Shown: positions 13,013 through 25,420 of the stretch, piece after piece
How the letters are laid out: each line of letters begins with the position of its first letter
Position numbering within the stretch: position 1 is the first letter of the stretch
Program-made: the position numbers and the translations under genes
NCBI GenBank assembly: GCA_013265495.1
Contig: MU058065.1
Coordinates: 4,257,003 to 4,321,002 of the forward strand
Direction: 5' to 3'
Source: Vicugna vicugna
Taxonomy: Eukaryota
DNA length: 64,000 nt
Notes under the pieces: model-generated
Database searches by the model: none
The model's input: the letters and a program-made list of their open reading frames with translations, nothing else
Told to the model about the DNA's origin: nothing

Positions 13013-13430
13013 GGTGTGTGGCTCTAAAATAGGTACTCAAACTTGTTGGCATTCCCCCCTTCAAAAGGTGGAGTATAATTTTACTCCTTTTGAGTGTACT
13101 CTAGACTTAGTGATGTGTCTTCTATGAATATCGTGGAAGTAGTGGTGTGTGGCTTCTAAGACTAGAGCATAGAAGGTATTATGGCTTCCTGCTTACTCTC
13201 ATTCTTGGATCTTTTCTTCTGGAGGAAGTTGGTTGCCATGTTGTAGATATTCAAGCAGCTGCATGGAAAGGTCCACCTAGTGAGGAACTGGAGACTCCTA
13301 CCAACAGCCATGTAATTGAGTTGAATTAGAAGCAGATCCTCCAGACCCAGTCAAGCCTTCAGAAAACCATATTCCTGGCTGGCATCTTGCCTATAACTTA
13401 TCAGAGACTCAACCAGAAATATCCAGCCTT
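13013..13430 (+). mobile_element. MLT1E/F-like LTR
   Basis: tcaaaaggtggagt...gacttagtga...tgccatgttgt...gtgaggaactg...ccaacagcc...agaagcagatcctccagacccagtcaagccttcaga. Confidence 0.85.
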
Positions 13431-13469
13431 TCTCTGATTTTGATCCATATAAACATGGATTCTAAGTCG

Positions 13470-14390
13470 AACAGGGAGAGATATGAGCCCATTAGGGGGA
13501 CTAAGAGGCATATTAAAGTCAATAGATTGGAAGTCCCAGTGAAGGTGAAAAAATTATTGGAATGGGAGGGGTGTTAGAATATGTGAGCTAGAAAGACAAA
13601 ACTGATGGTCAGAGAGTACAATGCTTAAAAAAAAGACAGCGGAAGTCATACGGTTATAAGTAGTGGATTATAAACTCTAGGTTTTTAAGGTCAGAAGAGT
13701 TGATGACTAAAGTAAACTAAAGGAAAGATTGGTGAAAATGAGAGGCTAGAGTGTTGAGTGGATTATTTTGTTAGACATTAAACCTGTCAAGGGTGATAAC
13801 GGACAGTATTATTTTGGCAAGAAAGCTAGTGAGCTGGATGCTAACATTTGCAATGAATATGGGGCCAAACTGCATTCTTGTTAGATGTGTAACCCAAGGA
13901 GGAATGGTTGGTGGTCCTGCCTTATAGATGTGGCTCAGAGAAGCCTACACGTTTGAGGAAGAGAGGATGAAGTGTTGTGTAGAGGTGGCCAAGAGGAGCA
14001 AGGAAGGTACCACTTTATGTCCAGGTCTTAGGAGCAGTAGAAGAGCACCATCATTATTGGTGCGGACAGTTGGGGAAGCAGTGCTGGCAGACAGTAGCCA
14101 GATCGCAGCCAGATCGCAGTTCAGGAAAGAAGAAAAGGGACCTGCCTGGAGGAAACATGTGGATAAAGGGAATTTGGCTGATAATAGACTGAAGATTTCC
14201 CATCAAAGAGTTAAAGGGTTTGTGAGCCAGAGAAGTGGTGGGAGAATGGGTCAAATTTGGAGATTACAGGACTACAGGAGTGTAAGCACCATAGTGATGA
14301 TGAAAACCTGGATGTCCTGAACTTCTGGAAGTGGTTGATTTTAAAGCATGATTGACTTGACTGTGATGGCTTTTTAGACTGAGATGAATA
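13470..14390 (-). mobile_element. L2 LINE internal fragment
   Basis: Purine-rich reverse L2 internal blocks, e.g. gtgagctagaaaga...ggtcagagag, gctagagtgttgagtggat, agtgagctggatgctaa, gggaatttggctgataatagac. Confidence 0.6.
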
Positions 14391-17021
14391 ATAAATGCTG
14401 CTGATAGCTTTTCTTAGACTTGTTCTTGGTCAGTTTGTAGGGGTGAGGTGGTTGGTGGTGTGGCTACGGCAGAGCCCATCATACCAGGAACACATGCACC
14501 TTCCTGGGCCTCCCTGAACCTTTCGAGGGTGGGGCTGGGGTTGCAGGAGGCCTTCTGAAGGCAGTAAGTGATGCCACAATCCAAACAACAGGGAGGCCCA
14601 TGGACGGCAGTCTCCATAGGACTCTGGAAGTCTTGCTTAAATTCTTGTTTGCTGAAGGACAAACTGTCTGCCTTACTGAAAGACCAAAGTACCCAATACT
14701 CTCAGGGTCCATAAAAATCTTGCTTCACTCTTGGTCATCATTTGAGAAGGAAGGGAAAACTGAGTCAAGACAACATTCTAGACTTAACTGCTTCTTTTTC
14801 CTTATCTCCTCTTAAATTAGCTTCTCCAGCGCTTGGCAGAGCAGCTCTTGAAACACGGCCCCACTTGGGCTCCAGCCTGACCAGGCTGAGAAGTCAGCCA
14901 GACGCTCCCAGTGCCGAGCACCGGCCTTGACCCTTGGCTACTTCCCTGCCGCTCACCCTCCCTCCCTTCCCTTTCCCTGTCCACCCAAAAGGAAACTAGA
15001 TCTGATTAAATACCATCCCGTTGGAGTGGTTTAATTTCACACATCTCAGTCTTTCATTTACCCACTTAACATGTGTTGTACACCTGCTCTGTTGGGTGTT
15101 ATATTTGACCTGGGTACAATGGCAGAGGGGTCCCAGCTGAAGCAGAAGCTGTGTGAGTGGCCGTGTGCCCACATCTGGGTGTGGGGGGGGGACCAGTGGG
15201 ACAGGGTCCTCAGGAGTCTTTGCACTGGAGCCCCGAAACCTCGGGGATGGAGGAGGTGGGGGCGCAGGACAAACCTGACTGGGAAAGAAGGGTTTGACCT
15301 CTTATCTCCAGCTTAGACTTCGTTGCCTTTGGTCTGGATTTTAGTGGTATCACATATTTAGTGTGATATATTTCAGCGATATACACATATTCAGTAGCGA
15401 GGATTCCTGTATGTATATTCTATAATACAGATTTTTGATTTTTAATCGTATCTGAAAGATCACTCTTTGTAAGACATTGTGGCACAGGGAACGTGACTTT
15501 TCACGGCATTCCTAATGGAGGTGACACCTGCAGCAGCTCCCTTCCTAACACTTCCCAGCTCAGCAGGACCATTTCCAGTAACAATCATGCAGTAATCATC
15601 ATCATTATTTTTCAATTCATTCTTTAATTGAAGAACAATTTAGAAAGAAACTTCAATGTAATGATATTACTAAAATTCAGTAAAATATTGAGTCCGTGCA
15701 CTAAAATTCTCATCTCCCAAGCAAAACCCACAATTTCTGCTGTATTTCATGTTTAAATTTCAAACACAAAAAGTCCAAGTGGTCGTAGAGAATGATTAAA
15801 ACTGAAGTAACTCAGGTTCTGTCTTTTCATCTTTCCAACCACTCTGCTGTCATTACTTTGAATCTACCGTTTAAATGCAGGAATAGGTGGTCATGGGGGA
15901 ACTGGAGACGCAGACTACAGTCATAGTGAGCTGGACTGATTCCAATCAAGTCCGAACTCTTCAAATGAAATAATACAGCTGAAATTTTCCAGTCCAAAGA
16001 CTGGAAAACTGAGAGTTCTCTGAATTAACTTTCGTGTAGAATGCCATGTTTATTAAAGGTTAAGTAACAAAACTTGCTAATTTGAAGCCTATATTATTAT
16101 TGCTAATGTTGCTTTGTTATTATTATTATTACAATTCAACAATGACCGCAGTAGTTGTTTAGAATTTAGCTCAACTAAAGATGCTTTTCAGGGAGGAGCA
16201 GTTCCTCACGGTTAGAGCTGCCACAGCACAGTGTTAGTATAGAGCAGATCGGTTTCTACCTTGGCTTTATTATTTTTAATGTCTGCAGGCAATGCACCCC
16301 TCTATTACCTTCACCGAAAGTGGACCACTCCCATTTTTCTAACCATTGCTGCTTCCCTACGACTCTGAGAATCCCTAGAACAAAGCAAAAATCCAGACAG
16401 AAAAGAAGATTCATTTCCTCTTGCTCACAGACCACTGCTCAGTTTTGTTTCACAGAGTGTTTCCATGGTACCTGGCAGGTGAGGACCGTGGTGGACAGGG
16501 GGAAGGTGACACTCAGAGGGAGGGGCAGGTGTGTTCACAGAGCTCAGCGGGGCCACGGTGCCTGCCGGACGGAGCAGCACTGTTGGTGATTCCCAGAACT
16601 GCTCTGCAGGTAGCGGAGCTAATTTCCAGAGGTAGGTCCCTGTGCCAGTGGATTAAGGCAAGAGCCAGAACTTCCAGATATACCCAAAGCTGGGCAGGAC
16701 AGAAAGAAGGTTTGTTCTCAGAAACCACACAGTCTAAGTAGAGCAAACATCCAATTAGTAAACATCATAATATAAGAGAATTTATTTTAATATAGTGTAT
16801 AATCTGATAAACGGAATGCTAGGCAGATGTGCACAGAGTGTTTCAGAAAGTTTCCTGGGAAAAATGACACCTGAACAGACTTGTAAAAGAAAAATAGGAG
16901 TCAGGGACCCACTGAATTTACCCTGTTGTGGCTTCAGATGCAGCTCTTGTGTAGATAAGATATTTGGGGGTGGGGGTGCTCTTAAAGATCCCTTTAAATT
17001 AAACAACATCGTGATACCCCA

Positions 17022-17237
17022 GATTTACTGAGCATCCACAATCTACCAGTGACTTTATCATCAAGCTTTATGCTCGGTGTGGTCCATGGGCTACAGCTAT
17101 TATCATCCTCATTTTACCAGGAGGGGAAACCGAGGCTTTGAGCAGCCGAGCAACTTGCCCAAAGTCGCAAACTACAAAGCAACAAAGATAGAATTTGAAT
17201 GTAAACAGTCTCACTTCAGAGTCTGAGATTTAATCTT
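17022..17237 (-). mobile_element. MIR SINE
   Basis: tattatcatcctcattttaccaggaggggaaaccgaggct...aacttgcccaaagtcgca...atttgaa. Confidence 0.85.
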
Positions 17238-17419
17238 GCAATCAACCCCTAGAAGCAAATACAAAAGGACACTTGGGTCACTGATCACTTGAAGCCCCAA
17301 ATCCCCTTCCCCCCTAAGCTGTGTGTTCGGACTGGCATTGCTCTACTGGGACACTTTCTGCAAGTATTCGGCTGAGCTGGGCTCGGCAAAGGTAAGGATC
17401 AGTACCAGTGACCATCCCG

Positions 17420-17640
17420 ATGGTGAGATTTAGGCTTTGTGTTTAAATTCCATCTCTGTTGCTTCTTGACAGTATGACCTTGGCTAAGTCATACTTGACC
17501 CTTTCTGAACTCAGTTTCCTCATCTATAACACGGGGCTACTAAAACCTGGGTCTCAGGCATGTTCTGAAGTTTCATTGCCAGTAGGGGAACAGCCCTGAC
17601 ACACAGTAGGCATTTTCTGACACATAGTAGGCACTTTCAG
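17420..17640 (+). mobile_element. MIR SINE with duplicated 3' block
   Basis: tgaccttggctaagt...ctgaactcagtttcctcatctataa; the block ctgacacayagtaggca occurs twice. Confidence 0.85.
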
Positions 17641-18608
17641 AGTCTACTCTGACAAGTGCGAGAGTTAATTAAACAGGGCAATGCCACAACCTGTTTCTGG
17701 AGAAAATTTTGCTTGCCTTCAACTTCGTACTTCCACAGTGACAAACTTTGAATCCTAAGTAAGAGACCCCAGGATCGCTATTTATTTTAAACAACAAACA
17801 CCTGTCATCGCTCAAATTAGAAACACTTGCAGAACCAAGCTACGAAATATTTATAAATTCACAAATGTGTTTTAATTGCTGCTAAGTAAAATGAATTCAG
17901 CTGTAGTTTTTTGCTTTATGAGAAAACGTGCCTTCATTCCTTTCTCCCCAATCCTAATGAGAGTGGTTGAATATTGGATTTGTGCAGCCAGTCATATGGT
18001 GTTCGTGATAAGGGAAAGTTATGCTTTATCCTTGGGATTGGGAGGAACGGGAGTTAAGGTGTGGGAGAGAGAGGGCCGAATGTGAAAGAGACACGTCACA
18101 ACTTAGATGCGAAAAGGAGGCAATGACCATATACCTCTACCTTGTAACTCCTACCCACCGTGGGAAATCCATGACCTCATTTGTGAAGTGTTTTTCTTTT
18201 AATCTGGTCACGTTAAATCTGAATGTTTCCAGGCATTTACTTGTCATGCTTTTTGGTTTTTCCTCAAGTCCCAGGAAGAATCATAGGAGAAGAATAAATA
18301 ATGCCATTCTACTTCTACAGATTATGGCTCTTCAGAAACTGTATCCCCGACCCAACTTCCTACTAGACTTTTAAACATTAAAATTTTGAGTGTTATTCTC
18401 ATCTAATTTAGCATAATTTCTGGTGGGAGACTCATAAACCAAGAACACGCAGGTCAAATTCAACCTACACGTATGTTTTGTCTGATGTTTGAAAACTTTC
18501 AAGTAAATGTTCTCCTAAAAATCAGAAGATTTTACAAAGAATCTGGGTTTTGGCTCTCTCTTAACAAAAATGGGATAGTAAGCAAACTGGTCCCAGCCTA
18601 CCCTATGG

Positions 18609-18781
18609 CAGGGGTTCTCAAAGGGCAGTTGCTATAGGAACAGCATCAGCATCACCTAGGAATGCAAATTCTCGAGCCCTCCCAGATCTCCTAAGTCAGA
18701 AACTCTGGGCTTAAGTCCAGCAACCTGTATCTTCGTCATCATTCAGGTCATCCGGATGCTAACCAAGTGTGAGACCCGCTG
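18609..18781. mobile_element. MER5A hAT-Charlie MITE
   Basis: Terminal inverted repeats caggggttctca...tgagacccgctg; cagcatcagcatcacct, aatgcaaattctc; 8-bp TSD ccctatgg/ccctacag. Confidence 0.9.
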
Positions 18782-18906
18782 CCCTACAGCAGCGATGTGC
18801 AGACATCTCCTCATTGGCCGTGGGCCCCGCTGTGGAAACAACGCGTGTGCACATACTCACTTGCCTTTGGCGCTCCTAGGGACAGTTTCCTAGCCAGTTC
18901 CTGAGG

Positions 18907-20319
18907 CCAATCAGCTTCATGGATGTGTGACCCATGCCGTCACAGGGCCCCGTTCTCAGAAGAGACCTGACTTTGGTTTCATGCTCTGCTGTTCTGTCTT
19001 GAAATTCGTAATCCTTTTATCTTTGATTTTGTGTTCTGTTACTGAAGTGTGATGGGGCAATGGAGCATGTGTGTGAGCAGAGAAGAGACACCAGCTGGCA
19101 GCATGAGTGGACACAGGGGTAGTGGGCAGCCCACGTGCTGTGCCGTTGGCCTGGATGCCTGATGCACATGTGCGTGCTGGGCAGTCCAGGGGACCACGGA
19201 TCCCCAAAGGAATGATGGGATGCACAAAGGGGCACTTTGATTATATAAAACCAGGACAGGAACCCCCGGCACTCAGGCAGTAAACTTTGTCAGTCAATTA
19301 CTACAAAATCATAGTGTATATATGGACATCATGATAAAGCATATTAAAAAGTTATCAGAATTCTTCACAAATGTTAGAATCTCTGTTTGAAAACTGCTAC
19401 ACCATTGCAAAGCAAATATTCAGAAGTTTAGAATTTGAAATTAAGTTTAAAAAGTATCACATTTGATAGAAAAGAATACTATTTTTATATGAAGCTTTAG
19501 ATTAACCAACTATTAATGAGAAAACAATTTTATAATTAGTGTTTCCTTGGAATTGAAGAGACAGTAGTATAATGCACAAATGGGCATTTGAATGATAGAT
19601 ACACCGTGAAGCCATTTTCAGATCCTTGTGTGACGTCTGCAAGTTACATAAAATGTCAGAGGAAACATTAAAATGCCATTGCACAAATTTTCACTTAAAA
19701 TTAGATTCAGGCTTACACAAAACGAATTTGTGTGAAGAGTTAAATCTTTTTAGAAAAAACTGTTTCCCAAGAATCATCAGTCTAGATACACTAAAATTTA
19801 TATTTCAAAATAACATCAAAAATTTCTCCCAATATTGTGAAGCATATAAAACACTCAACAGCCATTGTAACAGTCGTATCAGCATAAAATCCTTCTCAAA
19901 GTTAAAAAGTTATCAAAAGTACTTGCTGTATCTCATTTGCCAAAAACGATTACTTTCAATTATATTGATTGAGAATGAGGTTGCTAAAAGTATGTTTGAC
20001 TGATCTAATAAATGAATAGGCAGAAAACAGAGCCACGAAAATCTCGTGATCAATCAAGATACCATATAAATACTTATTAATATATTGACTTTATTATTAC
20101 TATTATTATTATTTTTATTTATTGTATATAATTTAATTTGTAAGTTTATGTTGTTTCTTATGTATTACTGCTACCTCTATTACACTTCATAGTAATAATA
20201 ATATCTTTAAATATACAAGTCTAATTTTTTAGTATCTCAAACAGCATTTCCCCCCTGCTTTTGCAAGAAATCCTAAATTTTTATTTTGCATAGTTTCCAT
20301 AATAATGTAGCTGTGCTTG
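18907..20319 (+). mobile_element. Zaphod/MER115-like hAT-Tip100 DNA transposon, internally deleted
   Basis: Left end cagcttcatgg...cacagggccccgttctcagaag...tgctctgctg...tcttgaaatt; right end ttttgca...atgtagctg; transposase C-terminal remnant between them. Confidence 0.8.
19290..20035 (+). pseudogene. Degenerate hAT transposase C-terminal (dimerisation domain) remnant
   Basis: ORF 19626-20003 contains KSFSKLK...KYL...QKRL..I..IENEVAK, matching the hAT motif ERSFSKLK.IK.YLR...QERL..LA...IE. No intact upstream frame. Confidence 0.8.
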
Positions 20320-20439
20320 CCTGGGACATCTGAAGTAGCTGACCTTAGGAGGAGACATAATAAACACGAACAACAGCAGTCAGAAGACCCACTTTCAAAA
20401 CTTAGCTCTGGGACATTCTGTAAAGTATTCTGTGTTTTC

Positions 20440-20995
20440 AATGTCCTGAAGGCAAAAACAGTGCTGAGACTGGTATAAAGTGAAGAAGACCAAAGAGACA
20501 TGACGAAGAGAAGTAAAACAGAAACACTGATAGCATCGTGGATGGAGGAAAAAAAAATTATAAAGGAAATTTGGAGGACATTGGGAAATTTGAATACGGA
20601 TTAGGTATTAGATGATGTCACTAAATCAACATTTAATTTACTGCGATAATGGTGGTGTGGTTATGTAGGAGAGAGTCCTGCTCTTAGGAAAGGCGTGACG
20701 TTTTTAGGAGAGAGGTGTTACCGTGCCTCTCACAGAGTTAAACAAGAGAGGGGATGGGAGGCAGCTTGCATGAGCATTTAGGTTTGAAGATTTTCAGATG
20801 AAAAAAAAAATGGAGAAAATAAATAATAGATCATCGGGGGGCTTTCTGGGCAGTTGATAATGTTGCCTATTTAATTAGACATGGGTGGTTATTGCAAGGA
20901 TGTCTTCAGTTTCTAATAATCCAACCCACTATTCACTTATGGTTTGTATACTCTTTTATGTGTGTGCTATTTGCCAGTTAAAATGTTTCAAAAAT
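20440..20995 (+). mobile_element. Old L1M (L1MC/ME) 3'UTR fragments
   Basis: gaccaaagagacatgac, attgggaaatttgaatacgga...tattagatga, gataatggtggtgtggttatgtaggaga, ggctttctgggcagttgataatgtt. Confidence 0.75.
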
Positions 20996-21226
20996 GATGC
21001 TTTATAACTGAGCAAAAAATCCCTAAATGGGGATCTATTGTTCTACTGCTGAGTGGACATTTATCGGTGCTTTTGGAGCGGGAGAATTTTGCCACTTAAT
21101 CACATGATCACTTTTCTTTTGTTTATTTTGTACCTCAGATTCCAAATCCAAAGTTCAGCGTGGGAGAGGAGCAGGAGTCACATGAGGAGGAGTCACACCC
21201 AGGAGTCACGACTAGGAACAACTTTC

Positions 21227-21400
21227 ACAAGAGTGTATCTAGGTCTTAACACAGCTTGAAGCTGATACAATTCTGAGGGTCCTCCTTAAGTAAAATAATA
21301 CCAAATTTGGCCTGAAAGTAAATATTGATTCAGGAAGTGTTGAGGAAGTGAGAGCTCAGAAACTTACTATCTTTGACTTCAAGAGCAATCTGCCTCTAGT
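21227..21400. mobile_element. MER53-like DNA transposon remnant
   Basis: tgaagctgatacaattctgagggtcctccttaagtaaaataatac...gaaagtaaatatt. Confidence 0.55.
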
Positions 21401-21719
21401 GTTTATTTTTCAATATTTTAAGTTGGGACAAAGCAAAAATTTTATTTTTGTCTTGATTCTTCTTATTTGAATCATTACTGTGTTTACTATATTTCTGTTG
21501 CTTCTTCTGGGGACCTCCAAGGATAGTTCTTTTTTTTTTTTTTCATGATTAAGGGAGCAAGTCTTCTCTGTTTGCTTCTAAATAATGACTGGGCGAGAAA
21601 CACTAGATGTGCACAGTAGAATAATGAAAAGACAGAGTTAGAGTAGAATCTCTGACTTCCTCTGATCCAAAATTACATAAAACAATACACACCCCACTAT
21701 CATCCTCAAACTCAAAGCC

Positions 21720-21925
21720 AAGCACACGTGCCAGGTACCATGTAACAATACACAAGTGACCGAATCGAGTTTCGTTTAATCCTCCCAATGATCTTCTGAG
21801 ATGGGAATTATTATCCCAATTATGTAACTGAAAACATTTTCCCCCAAGTCCGACCAGAGAGTAGTGCGTGAGCCAGAATTTAAATTAGAACTTTGTGCTC
21901 ACAAGACCTTTGCTCTGATCACTAC
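21720..21925 (-). mobile_element. MIR SINE remnant
   Basis: gtgccaggtacc...tttaatcctcccaatgatcttctgagatgggaattattatccc...gagccagaattt. Confidence 0.75.
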
Positions 21926-24354
21926 ACCTAAGGTATCAACCAACGGGAGCATCGTATTTCCCAAGAAGGGACAAGCAAATGGTTCCTATCTTGAGTTCAG
22001 GGATCTGGTGTCTGCTTTTCATGCTTCTAATAAAAGAGGTGAAATACAGAATAGCTGAATTTTAAAGTAGAGAATGTCTAGGGTAAGAGGGCAAAAAGAG
22101 TTAAGTTCACCGCAGTTACGTGACTCCGGCCTTTGCTTCTGACAAGATCAGCCCTTCCTACTTAGCTCACGTAAACGCTCCAGAATGCCGAAAGGGGAAA
22201 CAAGAAAATGGTATTTTTCATGAATAGAAAAATGCATCTGGCTGATGTACATTTGGGTTTTTTTTAACCTTAATTTTCATACGTAAGTCACTGAATTAAT
22301 GCAATTTCCGAGTTCCTTTTCCTAATTAAATTATTTTCTCCTCTATCAGCTCAGCTTACCAAGACAGTTAGGGACCTAAACACTTTGGTTTTTTGAAACA
22401 ACTCATTTTGCTCCGTTTTAGAGTGGTTTTATGAAATTCATGCTGCAAAGGCAATCAACTTCTCTCTGACTCTTTCCTCTCTTTCTCTTTAAAGAACAGA
22501 CAAACATAAATAAATATACCTCAAGATTTCTCTTATGAATGAACATATCCAGGTTTAGATTTTTTTCTGTAAAACATTATATGGAAGACTTACGCACTCT
22601 TCCTGCTTTGTATAAACTGCAAGTCAGCATCAATCAGTCTATCTTGATTTGGTATCCATCCCCAGAATTGTGACTGGCGGTGTTTAAATAGGTTTCAGGA
22701 CCAGCTAAAAAGGGACAATCACCGGAGGATACAAAACAGTTAATCTTTTGATGGCGGCATCTGAGAGCAGTTGGCAAAATCAGGCAACCCTCGCACAGCC
22801 GGCAACCTCGGTTCTCACCAGACCTTTCCTTATGGCATGAAAGGCCTCTGCCTCCGTTTCATGACCCTGTCCACAGACCAGTGTTCTGCAGTACACCAAA
22901 CAGATATGTTCTCCTTCTGGGTCTGGCAAACAAGTCTTGTCTTTCATTAAAAAGACAAGTTTACTGATGTTGAGACAGGCCGAGTTCCTACTTCCTCTTG
23001 TGTCTGAATTCCTGGGCCGTGGCGGAGGCTCTCTGGGAGGAAGTGTCAAATCATTACAGGATGCAAGTTGAGCCTCGATTCTTTGGAGTTAAAGCTTCTC
23101 TCTAACAACTCAAGACATAGAACAAATAATAAGTCCTTCCATTTTTGATAAAATGTTTTTTTTTTTTAACCTGGGAGTAGTGGGTAGAGTAACTGAAAAC
23201 ATTTTCCACTATTATCTGAAACTGAAATGGCAGATGCAGTCATTAATTCAAAAACAATTGTTGTGGCTTAGAAATACATGTAGCATTTATTTCCTCTTCC
23301 ACGCTCTCCTTTTGGGAGGACTCCAGCCCCATATTTCTTGGGAGGAGAGCATGAGATCCTTCTGGATTGCCACTTTGAATCTCATTTATGGTGGCCAGGG
23401 CCAAAGGTTCTTGAGGATCTCTTTCTGTGTGCCTCCTGGAGGACACCTTAACTAAACAACACTTGGGAAACTGGACAAGATGCTCCCCCATCCAGTGATC
23501 CAGTGTGCAGCCAAGATGCCTCACAGCCACTCAAAGAGTTCTTTGAAGAGGGGTGAGATATGTTTGTTTTCCCACAAGAAAACTCTTTTGAGGATCAATT
23601 TTACAGTTTTCTCTCAGATTTTCAAAGGCTTGTTGGAGATACCAGGGTAAAAGTTAGGGCCCAACTAGTAAACAGTGATTCATTGCAACTGACAGTAAAA
23701 GAACTCTACATAATATTGTCTACTACTTTTTTTTTTCCACCACTATCTTTCTTTACCATTATTATGTCAATGAAATGGTAGTAAATAACACTAACATAAA
23801 ATTTACACTAAATTTGATAGAAACCACGGACGTTACATGAGCCTATAAATTCTCCCCAACCAAATTTGGTCACTATTCAAAAAAAAAAGTTTGTTCAACT
23901 TGCCAATGTGGAGAAAACTGACTTAAAATTTGGCTGAAACCTCATTCCAGCGACCAGTCTACCTCATCAGAGGCAACCATGAGCAGTGATGGATGCTAAA
24001 CACTGAATACAAGAAGCAGATGTTAGGAGCAGAGAGGACGGAAGCTTATAAATAAACAGTGACTAATTAACCCTACGTGATGTAGACTGGGCCACCTGGC
24101 TATTTTAAAGATTGTGAAAATAGAGGCAGCAGGGAAGTAAAAGGATGAACTCAACAACCTCAAAGAGCAAACTGGGGGATTTTGTTTGGGGAGCCCTCTA
24201 TGATTGACAAACTATGCTTAGAAATTATCCAGGGACACCACGAGCTAGAGCACAAGTGAAGAAAATGGCACCATGGAATAGCCATCTTGACTTGTTTGTT
24301 AAACATGCAGATGATTGCAGGGTGATTGGTGATGACAAAAGGAAATTTATCTTT

Positions 24355-24530
24355 GGAGTCTTAGACTATTGCTGGTGGAAGGAGCATTGAAGATTACCTG
24401 GACAAGTTGTCTCTCTCTCTCACCTCAACATTTATAGAAATAGCAGCTGCGATTCAAGAGGTCTTTTGCCCAAGATCATGTGCAAGGTGAGTAGCAGGTT
24501 CAATTAGAACCCACGTTTCTTTAATTCTTC
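24355..24530 (-). mobile_element. MIR3-like remnant
   Basis: ggaaggagcattgaagattacctgg...tttgcccaagatcat...ttagaaccca. Confidence 0.55.
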
Positions 24531-25089
24531 TTTCAGATTTCAGTTATCATGTATAACCAAGACTTGGCACAAATGACAATGGTAAATGTCTCTCCACAAA
24601 GCCTCAGACAAAGCCTGTAAATATTTGTGAAACTACACTTACCCTGACTTTTCCCAGGGTTGCATTCGATAATCTTTTTGATGGATTATATGCAGATGTA
24701 TGATTCTATGAGACAAATGGGATACGGAAAGGGGGAAAATGCGCAGGGTTGGTACAGTTCTTTGCAACTCTTCTGAAATTTCAAACTCAGATTCTAACAA
24801 TAGAAACATAATGAGAAATGCTGTGATTTTTCTGAACAGGAACTTTTAAAAAAATTTTTTTGTAGCCATAACACTGAAAATGATAGAACTGATCCTGTGG
24901 AAGCCTTTAAAAATGCAATCAATTAAAAACATACTCCCTAGTAAGTAAGAAAACTAGATATTGTTACCAATGTGAGTTGGTCAGGTCAATCTGGTACTGG
25001 TTAGGTTATCTTGTATGGAAACACGGCATGTGATATCCAGTCCAGATAGAGAGAGAAACTGCCGATATATGCATAATGTATTACTTGCT

Positions 25090-25420
25090 GTAGTATCTTG
25101 TTCCCTCAGATCATTTTATTAAAAAGAAAAAGCAGTGAAACCTGCCAACCTACCTCCAAAATAATGAGATTAATTTTACATTTAGATATTTTTTAAAAGA
25201 TCAGGCTAACACATTTCTTCTCAGATTCTAATACATATTTAGGGTTTCTTGGTTGCTATTCAGGTAGATAGGCGCATTCATTCAGAAAATGTAGAATGAT
25301 TGAGTTGTGGATTGATGAAATAATTGAATGGGTGAAGGCTGGCACTCTCAGGTAATACTGAGAAAGTAGTATTAATATTATCTGACTTTCTGGTAGTTTT
25401 ATCTAGTGATTTGTTGGCCA
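25090..25420 (+). mobile_element. Possible CR1/L3 LINE reverse-transcriptase remnant
   Basis: Very degraded blocks in the order expected for CR1 ORF2 (FKKGK..P.NY-like, YLD-like, W..W, RVVIN-like, SG). Confidence 0.3.

Noticed and set aside
14096..14117. 11-bp tandem duplication agccagatcgc
   Set aside because: Ordinary micro-duplication within an L2 remnant.
15868..15980. Possible minus-strand exon with one open frame
   Set aside because: Weak pyrimidine tract and donor (gtagat), and an unrecognised peptide.
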